Shown piece after piece: positions 49,982 through 62,384 of a DNA stretch of 64,000 nucleotides. The position numbers and the translations under genes were made by a program. Location: assembly GCF_964204645.1 (NCBI RefSeq), contig NC_134025.1:6882001-6946000 (forward strand), written 5' to 3'. Origin of the DNA: Tubulanus polymorphus. Taxonomy: Eukaryota > Animalia > Nemertea. Position 1 is the first letter of the stretch, and each line of letters begins with the position of its first letter. The notes beneath the pieces are model-generated. The model was not told where the DNA came from. It did no database searches and was given only the letters and a program-made list of their open reading frames with translations.

Positions 49982-52900
49982 TCATGGGTTCATTTCAAGT
50001 TCTTCAATTATCTGGAAATATGAAAAAAGCTTAAGCAATTTAACTACAATTTAATACAATAAATACGCATATATAACGGTACTTACTGCTATCAGATTAT
50101 CCATTCCATGGAGATACCCATCTTCATGGTTGCCTAAGACCCATGGGCTCCGGTGATTAAGAGGTTGGCTTACTGGCATAGTTTTGGCAAAGTCAATCAT
50201 CCAAGCACCAACATTATCATCTTGATCGTACAATATGAGCAATGAACTTCCAATGATCTACAAAGAAAACATCGAACTTGACTTCAAGAAAGTGGCAAAA
50301 CAGTTCGTTTGATCTAAAGACAAATCTAGACAGTTATACAACGCACAAATGCTCCATTGGATTCTTTTAAACAATTTAAGACAATGACAGCCTCACACGT
50401 ATACCTACCTCACGATATTTGAAAAATTCTGATCGCTGTAATTTGTCTCGTATTTCTTTGAGTCGATTCAGTAGTGGAATCTTTATTGATTCTTTCATTT
50501 GGATAAAGCTACCAACCACATCAACAACCTTTAAACAAAAAAAAAACATGTGATTATTGGACTAGTGATGCTGCTATAAATGGATTAGAGTTAGCTGAGA
50601 TATACAGTACATAGAAGATACAAATACTCTGTCTAGTTGAATCTTGGGAGTATTGAGAATATGTTAAGTGTCTGGATTTTCAAAGGCTTGAGCGAAACCA
50701 ATATCGAGTGACTAAAGAAACCTACTATCGATAAATACGTACCTCATGCCTTTCCCTAATTCTTCTTAAATCCCTTCTTGGAATTTCACCTGACATCTGC
50801 AAAAGCATTCCAAAGAAATTCAGAAACCAGATTAAAAACACAACACTCTTAATTTTCATTTATCGCGTTTATACCGAATCTAGATCTTAAACAATCATAA
50901 CTAATGTACAACGACGACATGAAAGACATTTTGCATCTAAAATGAACATCTAATTTTGCACCTTAAAAAACCTATCAAACATCACGTTTTAATCAATGAA
51001 AGGAGGATTGATCAGGCAAATAATGCAGAATTATTTTAATGCATAGCATTTGTTAAATAGAACATGAACATTTTTTGGGTAATGGAGGATCGAGTTTGAA
51101 ATGTTGAAAAAGGGTGGTGCAAATGAGCATATGATGCTATGAACCATATGGACGCATGTTAAAGAAAATCAAAACTATGATCAAAATGAATCACTCCAAA
51201 AATACGTTTTCTCACTTAGAGAGAATCAATACTTTTTAGTTATCTATTTTTAATGTCGTAGCACCTGCCTACAACGTGTTTATGCCACCAGCCAATAAAT
51301 TCATAGAATGCAACTAGAAAAAACCCCGGAAAGAACTTTCAACATTAGACTCAATTAGACTCAAAAATTACCATATAAGTGAACATTGTAAGCCGTTACC
51401 ATACATGAGTGTGTTGAAACATTGAAATTTTGAATCAATTCCATAAAATTACACTACAGAAACGAAAATTCATAAAATGCATCTTTAACAATAGTGAGTA
51501 TTCACACATGAACTAGAAGAAATTTTCATAGATCTAATTGCAAGCCTGACCATGCTTTTCAATGATGGTGCAAGATGTAATGAATTTAAATTTTAAATCT
51601 ATCATTGAATACAAAAATGAAGTAAGAACAAAACCGCTAGGAGGATAAATTGAGACGGGAAACATTCCAACAAAAATTACAATGTATTATTGCACCAGAA
51701 GTCAGTAAAAATATATGGGAATTAGTGATCCTATTTATATAAAGAAAACTAGGTCGATGCAAATCAGTAAAACGATTCCCAAACTAACTTGTCCTGACTT
51801 AGTGAATTTACCTCTTTTGAGATCTACAGGATGAAACAGAAGAAAAGTAACAAGAAATCAATATTAAAAAGAATTGCCATAGGAAACTTAAGTCGAGTAT
51901 CTGAAAAGATTCAACTTTTTCATTTCGAGACAAACTGATCAGAGATTACAACGCATATATAACTGTAGTAAAGTTATGTATGGCACTTACTCGTATTGCT
52001 TCCACACGAAAACCAAGGGATGAAGTGGAACTATCTTTTTCTCTGAACTGAAACATAAAAGGCAGACACTGTTAATGTGATCTACATTATGACATCCTTT
52101 TTAGAATCTATCTTCGCAATTATCCGGGGCGGCCGCTATCATTTGACTTTTCCCTGACACGCACGTTGTTTTCCCTGACTTGATCGGCTAAGAATCCAAT
52201 CTATTAACACTCTATTCAAATATGTATAACATAGATAGTAATTGTTTGATTTTACACGTGATCTAGCAATCTCAACAAATTTCCTGACTTTTCCCTGATC
52301 ATTAGCATTTTTTTAAAACAAAATTCCAGACTATTCCCTAGTTTTTTTAAAGAAAAGAAAATTCCCAGGTAAGAGGCCACCCTGGTTATCACAGACAGAT
52401 ATAGCTGTAGATAATGTCAAAAATACATAAAGAGGACTCTTCGTGAATAGATGATGTATATAATCATCGGTATAATGACTCACTTCCATGTATCTGAGTT
52501 TAGTAACAGCTCTCTCTTCGTGTTCATCAGGGGTTGGGGCATTTGGATCTAACACGACTAATTTCTCGTACAAATCTTTCCGTCTCACCGGGTTTTTGAC
52601 CTCAGATTCTAAGAACGTTCTGAAATATAAAATGAGTGAATTCTCAAGAAATAATCACCATCATTGTGAAAAAATAAAGAATAGACAGAGATTTTTGGAG
52701 AAATCACTTTTTTCTCACAGTGAATCAACTCAGGAAACTTCTGAACGGAAGCAATTTCTAAATATACGGCTTCTAAAAATAACATTTCAAACAGGATAAA
52801 ACATGTTCAATGCACTCTAAGATTAACTTACCTCAATCCCATCTTTATATCCATGATGGATGGATTGTGGAAGTGGTGCAGTAAATCTTCCAATTCAATA

Positions 52901-54640
52901 AAATCTGAACAACATTTTGAGTTAAAAAGTACTAAAACCATATTACAAATATCTTCAAACTTATAAATCTTCTGGTCTAGATATAGTTCTTCCTTAAAAT
53001 GATAACTAAGTGAGGCATCAGAAAAAACTACTCTGGTTGGAAATAAATTCATCTCTATTATTATGAGGAGCAAAGTCAAATTGCTCTATAAAACTGACGC
53101 CAGTGTTTCATGTTCGTCGTTTGACTTTGTTTATCTATTTAGATATGTGTTATGACATCACACAATACAAAAACATATCTTAAAAAGATTGAGATAAGAT
53201 GCTAAAAATGATAGGAATTCTGATTACTAAAACATCAAAATAGCTTTCTGACGTCATCAAATATTTCGTTAAAAATGCTACCTTTGAATAGACTAAGAGG
53301 TGTCGCAGCAAGATACACAAAACAAGCCTTAAAAAGTAACAGGATGGAATATAAATGGTTGCAATGGCAACTGCAAGTTAACAATCTCGCTGCTAATACA
53401 AGAACCACCGCTTGATCAAAACAAGAAAGAAATAGACAGGTAGTTAATGAATCTCTGCATGCAGTTCAAAGGATACAGTCTCCATTGAATTCGACTTCCC
53501 TGAAAAAAGCTGGCACCACATCCGCCGATACGTCATCCATCAAAGCCTGATAAACCTTAGTCTCGGTGTTGTCTTTCACGAGTCGTTTCTTCCATATTGT
53601 GCGCGGACCAGCAGGAGCGAATGATCCTTGAAAATATGATTTAAATTCAACACACAATGAGCTTGAAAGATCTTGATAGAAAAACAAGGAACTTCATATC
53701 AATAGATTTCTGAATGAGACGAGAAGATACACAATATCCGAAAGAAATCCCACAATAAATTTAGTACACCTGATGATGGCTAATAGTCTTTAGCCGAAAC
53801 GTTGCGCAAATATATAGTCTTTTAAATTTATTGTGGGATTTCTCTCAGTAGATTTCTGAATCTTTGGTAATCTTCGCCTCGAGAGAAATGAATAAAGATT
53901 AACTACTGTACATAAATATCCTATGTATGTATTTATGGTACTGTGTGTTCATATCCCCTCAAGTATCAATATCGCGATCAAACACATATTTTCCTCTTTA
54001 CCATGGGTTATTGATTCTTGTGTACAGGTCTAAATCAATTTGCTCCAGCGATTTGATCGACAGATTTTCTCAAAGAAATCTCTGCAAACACGGCACAATC
54101 AGCTGAATCTTTCAAGTTGATAAATTTCGAACTGAAAAAAAATTGAATCAAGACAAACAATTATTACCTGCGTGACCAGCAATTTGTATCCATTCGTTTC
54201 TTCTGTTTTTGATCAGTGCATCGCTAGCTGGAAGGGTGAGTTCCAAAGCATTCTGAAAAAAATTTCAGAACGGTTTTGAAAGACGGGCAGGCTAATACAA
54301 TAAACGATTCGAGTTCTTCCACCAAAGCAATTTCATATTCAAATAGAAATAAGGTTAGTTACATTTATCCGGGTTATTGTCAGTTTATAGATAAAATTCA
54401 CTGAGCCATGTTTGAAACAACCTTTAATGCTGAAGGTTTTCTTTTTCTAAATACATTGAACAACCTGCTTAATGCTTCGATGTTTTTAGAAAAATAAAAC
54501 CTTCGCTTTGCATGTAAAACATGAGAGGATTTCCATTTCGAAATGAATATACAAAACCATAAATAAACCTATCATCTGAGACCTCTCATTTCTCAGCCCC
54601 ATTAAATGAAATCTCATAGATAACTCATTCAAATTACTTG

Positions 54641-54734
<94 letters not shown>

Positions 54735-56415
54735 TTATATATATAATATATATATACCGGGGTATAGTGATATCTATAACCTTGTGAATCCGACCAACAA
54801 CTGGGATATGGTTACACTTGTTATTCTTGTATATATGGTTATAGAATAGATACATCATGGCTATGGAGGGGAGAAGAAAACATAAAGGCCTACCACAGGG
54901 TATGGTTGAATTCGACGCAAAAATTTATAGGTCATACCTTAGATTCCGGTACCGATACACAAGTCGATAGTCCAACATTCCCCATATTATTATCGATGCC
55001 AAAGAATATATATAAAATTGCATGGAAAATTGCTAATAACAATCTGCATTTAATGCAAATGCGGTAAAATATACAGAATGCCACAAAACATATGTGCAGA
55101 ACTAGTATACTGCTAGTGGTTTAGATATACCACTACTACTGCGTTAGTTCTGGCAGATGTGAAGTATCCTCGGTAAAATCAACTTTGTTTTTATAGAGAA
55201 ACCTATAAATTCTGTATAGCGTATCTATCCTTTTCATCTTCTCGGCAGCAAGAAAACCGAATGCTCTGGATCTAGTATTCGTCTCAGTCAAAAACTCGAT
55301 AGGTTTATACCGTAATTCCAACCTAACAGTAGTGTTGTATGTAAGTTAGAGATTATAGCGTTGCGTAAATACTCGAGAGATGCATCGTCAATTTTGAATA
55401 AGGATGCCGAAAGACGGAGTTTCTCAACGTAACCACATTCGAAGCATCCCGGTGTTATCATCGACATAGATTTGTAGGTTCGGCGAAAGTTGAACAGGTA
55501 GTAAACAGATTAATCAACAAAATCAGCAGATAGGAACCGAGCCAAAACGACAACTACAGTAAATCTCAAGACATTTATCGGCCATCGCCTCCCATGAGAT
55601 ATATGTTAGTGGATCTACGATGAATCGTAATCATTACAAAAACCTGCAGTCCTCTCAATCCATATTACATAGTGAAACAGATGTTTCATAGAAGTAACAC
55701 GTGGAAGGTTAATCCCCCACCCCCTCTATTCAAAATCAATTTTTATCGAATTAATACAAACCAAAGCGAGCATATTCGCGAGGGCTTTCCGGGTTTTACT
55801 GTTGTTGATCAGCACCGTGTCGATAATCGGTGAAACTTTCATCGGAATCCAACTTTTTTTCATTTCGATGATGATCGCGCATATGCGACAATTATCAGCA
55901 CTTTCGCGGCTGCAATGATGCGATGAAGAATGGTGCCGCATGTTATTCCCCGAAATATCTTTATTCGTCGAATTGTTACTATTTTTCGCGGAGTCGTCGG
56001 TACTGATCCCCTCGCCGCAACTCTTACGACGTTCGCACGAGTTGCACTGGTTGAAACTTTGCCAATGCGGGAACAATTGATGCATATCCAAACTGGCGCT
56101 TTCGGAATTTAATTCCTTGTCGACAGATTTGCCACCGGCGAGATGCGTATTTTCGACTTTTTTAAGACCAATTGAATTGGAATTGTTTTTGTCACTTTGA
56201 GATGACGTTTTGCTCAAATCGACAGCCGACAGCTGGCTCAATTCATAATCGACGTTTAATGATGGTTGAAACTCTATTTCACATGACGAAGCCGTGTTTG
56301 TCGCACTTTTAGTATCGTCAAACTGTGATTTCTTCATGTACCGTATGCCTCTTACTGGTCCAACTGCGTCAACGAGCTCTGCTTTACGTCCAAAAACACT
56401 CACAAGGCAACCCAT
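49982..56415 (-). CDS. IP3K: Inositol-trisphosphate 3-kinase
   Basis: [35 protein letters not shown] (PxxxDxKxG motif), [51 protein letters not shown]; first coding exon 56415-55762 begins MGCLVS. Confidence 0.93.
51812..51823 (-). other. Candidate 12-nt microexon (ISKE) of the IP3 kinase
   Basis: cttttcttctgtttcatcctgtag|ATCTCAAAAGAG|gtaaat, inside a phase-0 intron; frame-preserving. Confidence 0.6.
52124..52385. mobile_element. Degenerate MITE in an IP3K intron
   Basis: ccggggcggccgct versus agaggccaccctgg imperfect TIRs; internal ttccctgac-like repeats. Confidence 0.5.
52905..53476 (-). other. U12-type (minor spliceosome) GT-AG intron
   Basis: 5' splice site GTATCCTTT; branch-site-like CTTTTTAAC ending 16 nt before the 3' splice junction; weak polypyrimidine tract; splicing gives in-frame [12 protein letters not shown]. 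Confidence 0.8.
53716..53848 (+). mobile_element. 133-bp retro-insertion containing a hammerhead ribozyme core (Penelope-like pLTR or retrozyme fragment)
   Basis: Flanked by the exact 13-bp direct repeat TAGATTTCTGAAT (53703-53715, 53849-53861); contains CTGATGA-T-GGCTAA-loop-TTAGCC-GAAAC. Confidence 0.75.
53765..53808 (+). ncRNA. Type I minimal hammerhead ribozyme motif
   Basis: Core CUGAUGA (53770-53776), 6-bp stem II GGCUAA/UUAGCC, GAAA (53796-53799), then CGUU; proximal stem I imperfect. Confidence 0.65.
54643..54730. repeat. (AT)n microsatellite, about 44 units
   Basis: Uninterrupted AT dinucleotide run in an IP3K intron. Confidence 0.97.
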
Positions 56416-59035
56416 GATGATTTCACTGAAGTTTTGTTAGTATCCTCACGATCGCAATGTTTAACTTACTACATTAGTTTGAAAATCATTCAAAATGATA
56501 CTCGCGCTGAAAATGATGCGTTTATTCGAAAAAACGTCCTCAATGCTGTATTTCATCAAATCACGATGACAAACATATGATCAGTTCCCACTCAATCGAT
56601 AGCTAAAACACCAGTTTATAGCAAAATGTATAGATCCATAGAATAAATATTTAGTATATACGCAAAATCATGCATGATACACGAGCCAATGATGTTTAGC
56701 CTCAAGGCGCCGCGTTTCAAGTAAAATCACGAAGCGATTTATCAACTTAGTACGGCGCGACAGGTAGCCGCTAATAACTGGCGCAACTACTCGGGAGAAA
56801 GCTGTCATTACAGCAGATAATAACTAAAAGTTTCATCCTTGTGAACAGAAGAGATATATGGTAGATACATAATACATCATTGTATAACAAAAGCATGAAA
56901 ATGAACTTAATTGCGTGCCGCAGCCCCTCCCATTCCCATTTCTGAGAAAAGAGAAAGCTTTCAGGTTTTATATTCTGGAAACGTATCAATCTTTTCAAGA
57001 TGAATAAATGAACCAAAATGTTTGTAACAATGAGATTCCACCAAATAGACAATACTTAAAATAACGATTAACAAAGATGGTTTAGACCCCACAGGATTGA
57101 AATGAACTAAGCCTGATCTTGGCTGCAGAACCTGGCAATGGGACCATTTTTCAAAGGATATAAAAATCGACCTTTTGTAGAAATTCAAAACCAATAGATC
57201 ATTGTTTTATTCGATTTTTCCAATCCTGATTATACAGGCCAAGATTTAGTGGTAAATCAACTGAAATTGGCTAAGAATTCAGTATCAGTAATAACCAAAA
57301 ACTCACTAAGTTCCAATTTTGAATTTTTCTACAGTTAATTCAACTCTTTTAAAAATTGGATAATAACCATCGATTTTTACAAGTGAGCATTGAATGTATG
57401 AACCGCAAAGTAAAACGTTATCTGCGTTCGTAGAAACACTGTACTAATCATTGCCAATGAGACAATGTTTATGAGTCACCATAGAAACCATGTTAGAGAA
57501 TACCAACGCAGCACAATTTCAGAAACGTGAGTTTTACATCACCATAATCTGTTCTTGCTACTGAGGATTAAGATTCAGTTATAATCAATTGTTCGAGGGG
57601 TTAGATAATGCAGATACTTACATGAAACATGGCAACTCTGATTTAGTTCTAGGTTACTACAATTTAGTTAAAATTTAGAAGCACAAACTTTTTGTCCAAG
57701 TTGAGGGCGACTAAATCAGCGTATTTTGGGTTGAATTCATGAAGTTTAAGTTAAGTCATGAAGAAAAGCTGAGCTTTTACTGTTGTCAGTAAGAAAACTG
57801 AAACAATACCAACCTAAATCAGAAATGTCTATAACTTGGTTGGACAAATTACTAATCAAATTGTGCTATTGTTTTCCAGTCTAGTTCAATCTCTACACAA
57901 TTGACAAGCTTATAAACAATCGACACCAATTACCAGCAGTGACAATGACACATGCTAACAGATATAGGCTAATGGTTATTCATCATAATAGTAGGCATGG
58001 TAACTTGTCTATAAATGTTACTTACTGGGTCTGGTACTGACAGAACTGGAGGAATCGGTATATAGCCTTCACAGCTCCTCATTATTACTTTAATCTTCAT
58101 AAAACCCTTCACTCAATACCATAAGACTATAGATCATCAGTCAACCTAGAAAAAGTAAAGCAGCTAAATGAAAAAGTACATTGGTGTCAGGCCAGCCAGA
58201 TCATGTTGCTAGTTCTGTATGGCCATCACTCTGAATGTTGAAGCAGTTTTTTCAAAAAGAATAAGGTAAACTACACAAGCATAATGAAAAAAGCAAGGAT
58301 CATATATATATATACCAATACAAGAGATGAATTGAAATAGAATTTACCAAAAAACTTAATTCCCAAAAGGCAATCCCATTAGCATTGATAGGTCATCGAA
58401 ATTAGGTCCTGGCAATTGTTAGGTTAGGGCAGCGTTTAAGTTATGCAAGAGCAAATTAGTTAAATCACAAGGCAAGTAGTGGGTGAATCCACGATATACA
58501 GAATGTACTAAATAAAAATTGAATTGGATTGATAAAAAAATAATTACATTTTGGCTCAATTTATCCTCGAATATAATTTCAGCGGACAATCGTCGTGTCG
58601 AGTTATTAGACGGTATGGAGTCGTATTTTCCAGCAAGTTTTAGATTGTCTAAGAAAAGCGCTTAGTTACGAATTCAATAGATAATTCAGTGAATCAAACA
58701 TTTCTTTTTGACAGTTCCATGCAGGTAATGCGGCAACACAGACTGTCTTCTCGGACTAATATTTGGCTCAAAATAAACTCAATCGCGGACAAAATCAGAC
58801 TATTTATGGAGCTGAATTGATCACAGATATGTAAATAGAACTGATGTTAAAATATCATTTGCATTTAGAAATGTTCATTCAAAATAGTTAATCCAGTTTT
58901 GCGCTGAGTCTGGCGTACGCGTTTTACGGTCACTGTGTGGAGCCCGCTAAATTTCAATTTCCGGATTTTACTTCCGGGTTCGCATTTCGCTAAAAGTATA
59001 TCCACAAATATTGCTTTTTATCCAGTTTGGACGCG

Positions 59036-62000
59036 ATGAATAAATCTAAATATGACGCGGAGTCATTACCTGATTTACTACCGTTGTACTACAAACGCCT
59101 GTTCCCGTACGGTCCTTATTTCAAGTGGTTAAGTTACGGCGGAGGTGCGTGTGTGAAATAAATTTAAATTAAGTCTTTATTGATTGATCCTTGTTCTTTC
59201 GATATTGGGAACTTCCTTTTTTTCAGTTCAGAAAACTGTGTTCACTCACCGAGAATTCTCATTTACGTTGAAAGATGATGTATATATACGCTACCAAAGT
59301 TTTTCTGATCAAAATGAACTTGAAAAAGAAATTCAACGGCGATGCCCTTACAAAATTGATATTGGTGCTATTTTCACTCACAGGGTACAGTTTTCGTCGC
59401 ATCTGTGTCACTCATAATTGAATCAGTCGTTTTGTGTTTCCTCAACAACATTTTTGTCATTCTTTTTCAGCCAAAAGACAACAAAACAGTGAAAGCTGCC
59501 GCATTTCAAGCTAAAGAGAAAGAACTTGTTTTTGATATAGATATGACAGACTACGATGATGTAAGGAGTTGTTGTCAGTAAGTGAAACATTATATTGTCA
59601 TCACAAAATACTCTGCACCTTTTTGATATTTTTTCATTCATCAACTTGAATAGAATGAGATATATGTTAAAGTTTTCTTTTCTTTTAGAGGTGCTGATAT
59701 CTGTCTGAAATGCTGGCCACTTATGACAATAGCCATACGTATCGTGGACACAGCCCTGAGAGGTAAGATATCCTAAGGTCTAGGGTCCTAGGTAAAAAAT
59801 TACCACTTCCTAGCACATCTGGAATTTCATTTGCCCCCCTCAAAAATTCCCTTGCCCTACACATTTTGCTCTCGTGCTACTTGCCCTGCATATTAGCAAT
59901 GTCAATAATCTTCTTGGGACTTTAATGCTTTGTACAATTCCTGGAACTGTTTTTGTATAGAGGATTTTGGTTATGAGCATTTGTTGTGGATATATTCTGG
60001 ACGAAGAGGAGTGCATTGTTGGGTGTGTGATGAAGGTGCTAGAAAATTGTCTCAATCAGTCAGATCTGCCATAGCTGAATACTTATCTGTTGTAAAGGTA
60101 ACTTTATAATTGTCAATGGTTGGATTTAAAACGTATGTTTTAATCAACCTGGATTATATACTTGTAGTATTTTACTGAAAATTCAAACGTAGGCTTACTG
60201 AAATGGTCTTCTTTTGGTTTTACAGGGTGGTGATAACCAAATTAAAAAAGTTAAGTTAAACAGAGATAATGTACATCCTTCAATACAGTAAGTGTTTCAG
60301 TCAGAAAAAGAATCTAGAGCGATGCTGATATTGCAGACATTTTCGCTTAAAATGATGCCGCCAAAACTATCATCATGCTTCATCATCTACGTTCTCTATT
60401 TTAATTAGGCGAGCGATCAAAATTATTGAAAAGCAGTTTGATGATTATGCTGCAGTCAAACAAGATTTCCTAAGTTCTGATGAAAAAGTGAAAAAGGTTT
60501 TGTCAATTATTGATGATGATGAGGTAAGTTCACTTGCCTCTTTAAAGCCCCGAACACACTATACAAATTCGCTGCGAAATTTGCCGCAAAAATATTCGCA
60601 GCGAATTTATCGCCTGGAGCGGACACACCTATGCGACCAGCTGCTAGCGACCTCGTGCAAATCAACTAAATCAAAAAATCTTTATTAATCACTTGATACA
60701 AAGCTCGTCATTGATTGGTCCGATTTCGAGTGGTTCACGGCGGAATTCGTATCTCACGGGACACACTGTGCGAAAATATTCGCTGCGATAAAATTCGCCG
60801 CGAAAATATTAAACATCTTTGATCGGTACGATTTTCGCATGCGACGGATCGCACGCGAAAATCGGCTGAAGCCGACCGAACACACTATGCAAATTTCGCT
60901 GCGAAATCTGTAATCGCAGACGCTTTGCGAATAAAATCGCATAGTGTGTTCGGGCCTTAAGACTTTGCTTTTTCGGCAATAAGCACTATCATTCATTCTT
61001 TATTTTAGATAGCAGTAATTAGCCGCGTTCACACTAGATTTGGCCCTTACGAAGTACCGTACTTCGCTGGTGCCGAATTCACCAAAATACAGCGCTTATA
61101 CAGCCAGTTACGTTCACACTACGAGTCGGCAATTCGGCACTTAGCCCAGTATAGTAGTCACCCAGTGTGCCAATAGAGGGGAGTGTAATTAGTGCTAAGG
61201 TCAATAAGCCGCGTATTTCATTACGGAACTGAACAAGCCACGAATAGGCCTCGAATAATTTCCTAGTGTGAACGCTTTGTACCGTACTGAAATCCTAGTG
61301 TGAACGCAGCTATTGTCTGAATACTAATGTTCTTTATGAATTTTCAGATTAGTTCCAATGTGTGGAAGGTCAAGGAGTTCGAAAACGCAAGTTCAAAAGG
61401 CCGATGGGCAATCATTAAATCAGCTTTAGAAGTCGAAATAGTATGTTTTTGGTCAAAGAAAATTATAATTTTTCAGCATGTTTCAATCACTGATATTTTA
61501 ATGATCCTGTACTACATTTACGTCTATTTCTATTAGGCGGAGAAAAACAGGATGGAACTAAGAAACCGGCGTGACGAAGTTATGCTACAGTACGCTTATC
61601 CTCGGTTAGATGTGAATGTCAGTAAGGGTGTTAACCATCTGCTGAAAAGCCCCTTTTGTATTCATCCAAAAACAGGTGAAATTAGATTCCTTTTTGAAAC
61701 TGAAAATGCATCTTAAATAGAATAATTACTTGACTATATCTCTTAACTGAATAATATTTTCATCTGTACAGGGCGAATTTGTATTCCTATAGACCTCAAA
61801 AGTTTGGAATCATTTGATCCTTTTTCAGTGCCCACAATAAGGTTAGTTATGTTCTACAATAATATATTTATGTAATTGATACACATATAGGAAAAAGAGG
61901 ACCTTCTTTGTTGAGTTTTTGGCTCTTTATTGGAGCTTTCTTGATTTGGCTCAACTCATGTAAATTCACTAACATCTCATTGTTTGCAGCCAGGTGATAG

Positions 62001-62384
62001 ATGAAATGAATGATACAGAAAAGACTGATGTCGGACAGAAGAAAGTTCGTGGTATGGATTATTCATGATAAGGGGAAATATCAATCAGGAAATCTCATCA
62101 TTTATGTTCTCACTGTCAAGAGAACATGTTTGTACATACACGGCAATAAAGATGAAATTCATAACTAATTTTAATTTTTTCAGATTACAAGAAAACGTCA
62201 ATGGCGGCGAGTATGCTGGTTTTTGATCAGTTCATGCAAAATCTAGAGAAAACATGGCAAGGAAAACACATAGAATTAAGTGGTAAGCTATTTATAAAAC
62301 AATTATATCTTTATCCATGTAATCTTTGTTTTAGAAATCATATTGTCATGTTGTATATTTACAGATATGAAAGGAGAATTTTAA
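59036..62384 (+). CDS. PRIM1: DNA primase small (catalytic) subunit
   Basis: [102 protein letters not shown]; ends DMKGEF*. Confidence 0.96.
60546..60957. mobile_element. PIF/Harbinger-type MITE in a PRIM1 intron
   Basis: TIRs agccccgaacacactat / atagtgtgttcgggcct (one mismatch); TAA on both flanks; internal repeats of cacactatgcaaat(t)tcgctgcgaaat. Confidence 0.85.
61021..61311. mobile_element. Second PIF/Harbinger-superfamily MITE in the same PRIM1 intron
   Basis: TIRs agccgcgttcacactag / ctagtgtgaacgcagct (one mismatch); ATT on both flanks; internal copies of the TIR core. Confidence 0.85.

Noticed and set aside
54634-54858. ORF with YIYIYI repeat
   Set aside because: Translation artefact of the (AT)n microsatellite.
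61921-61938. Histone stem-loop-like ggctctttattggagc
   Set aside because: Wrong loop geometry, intronic, no histone gene.
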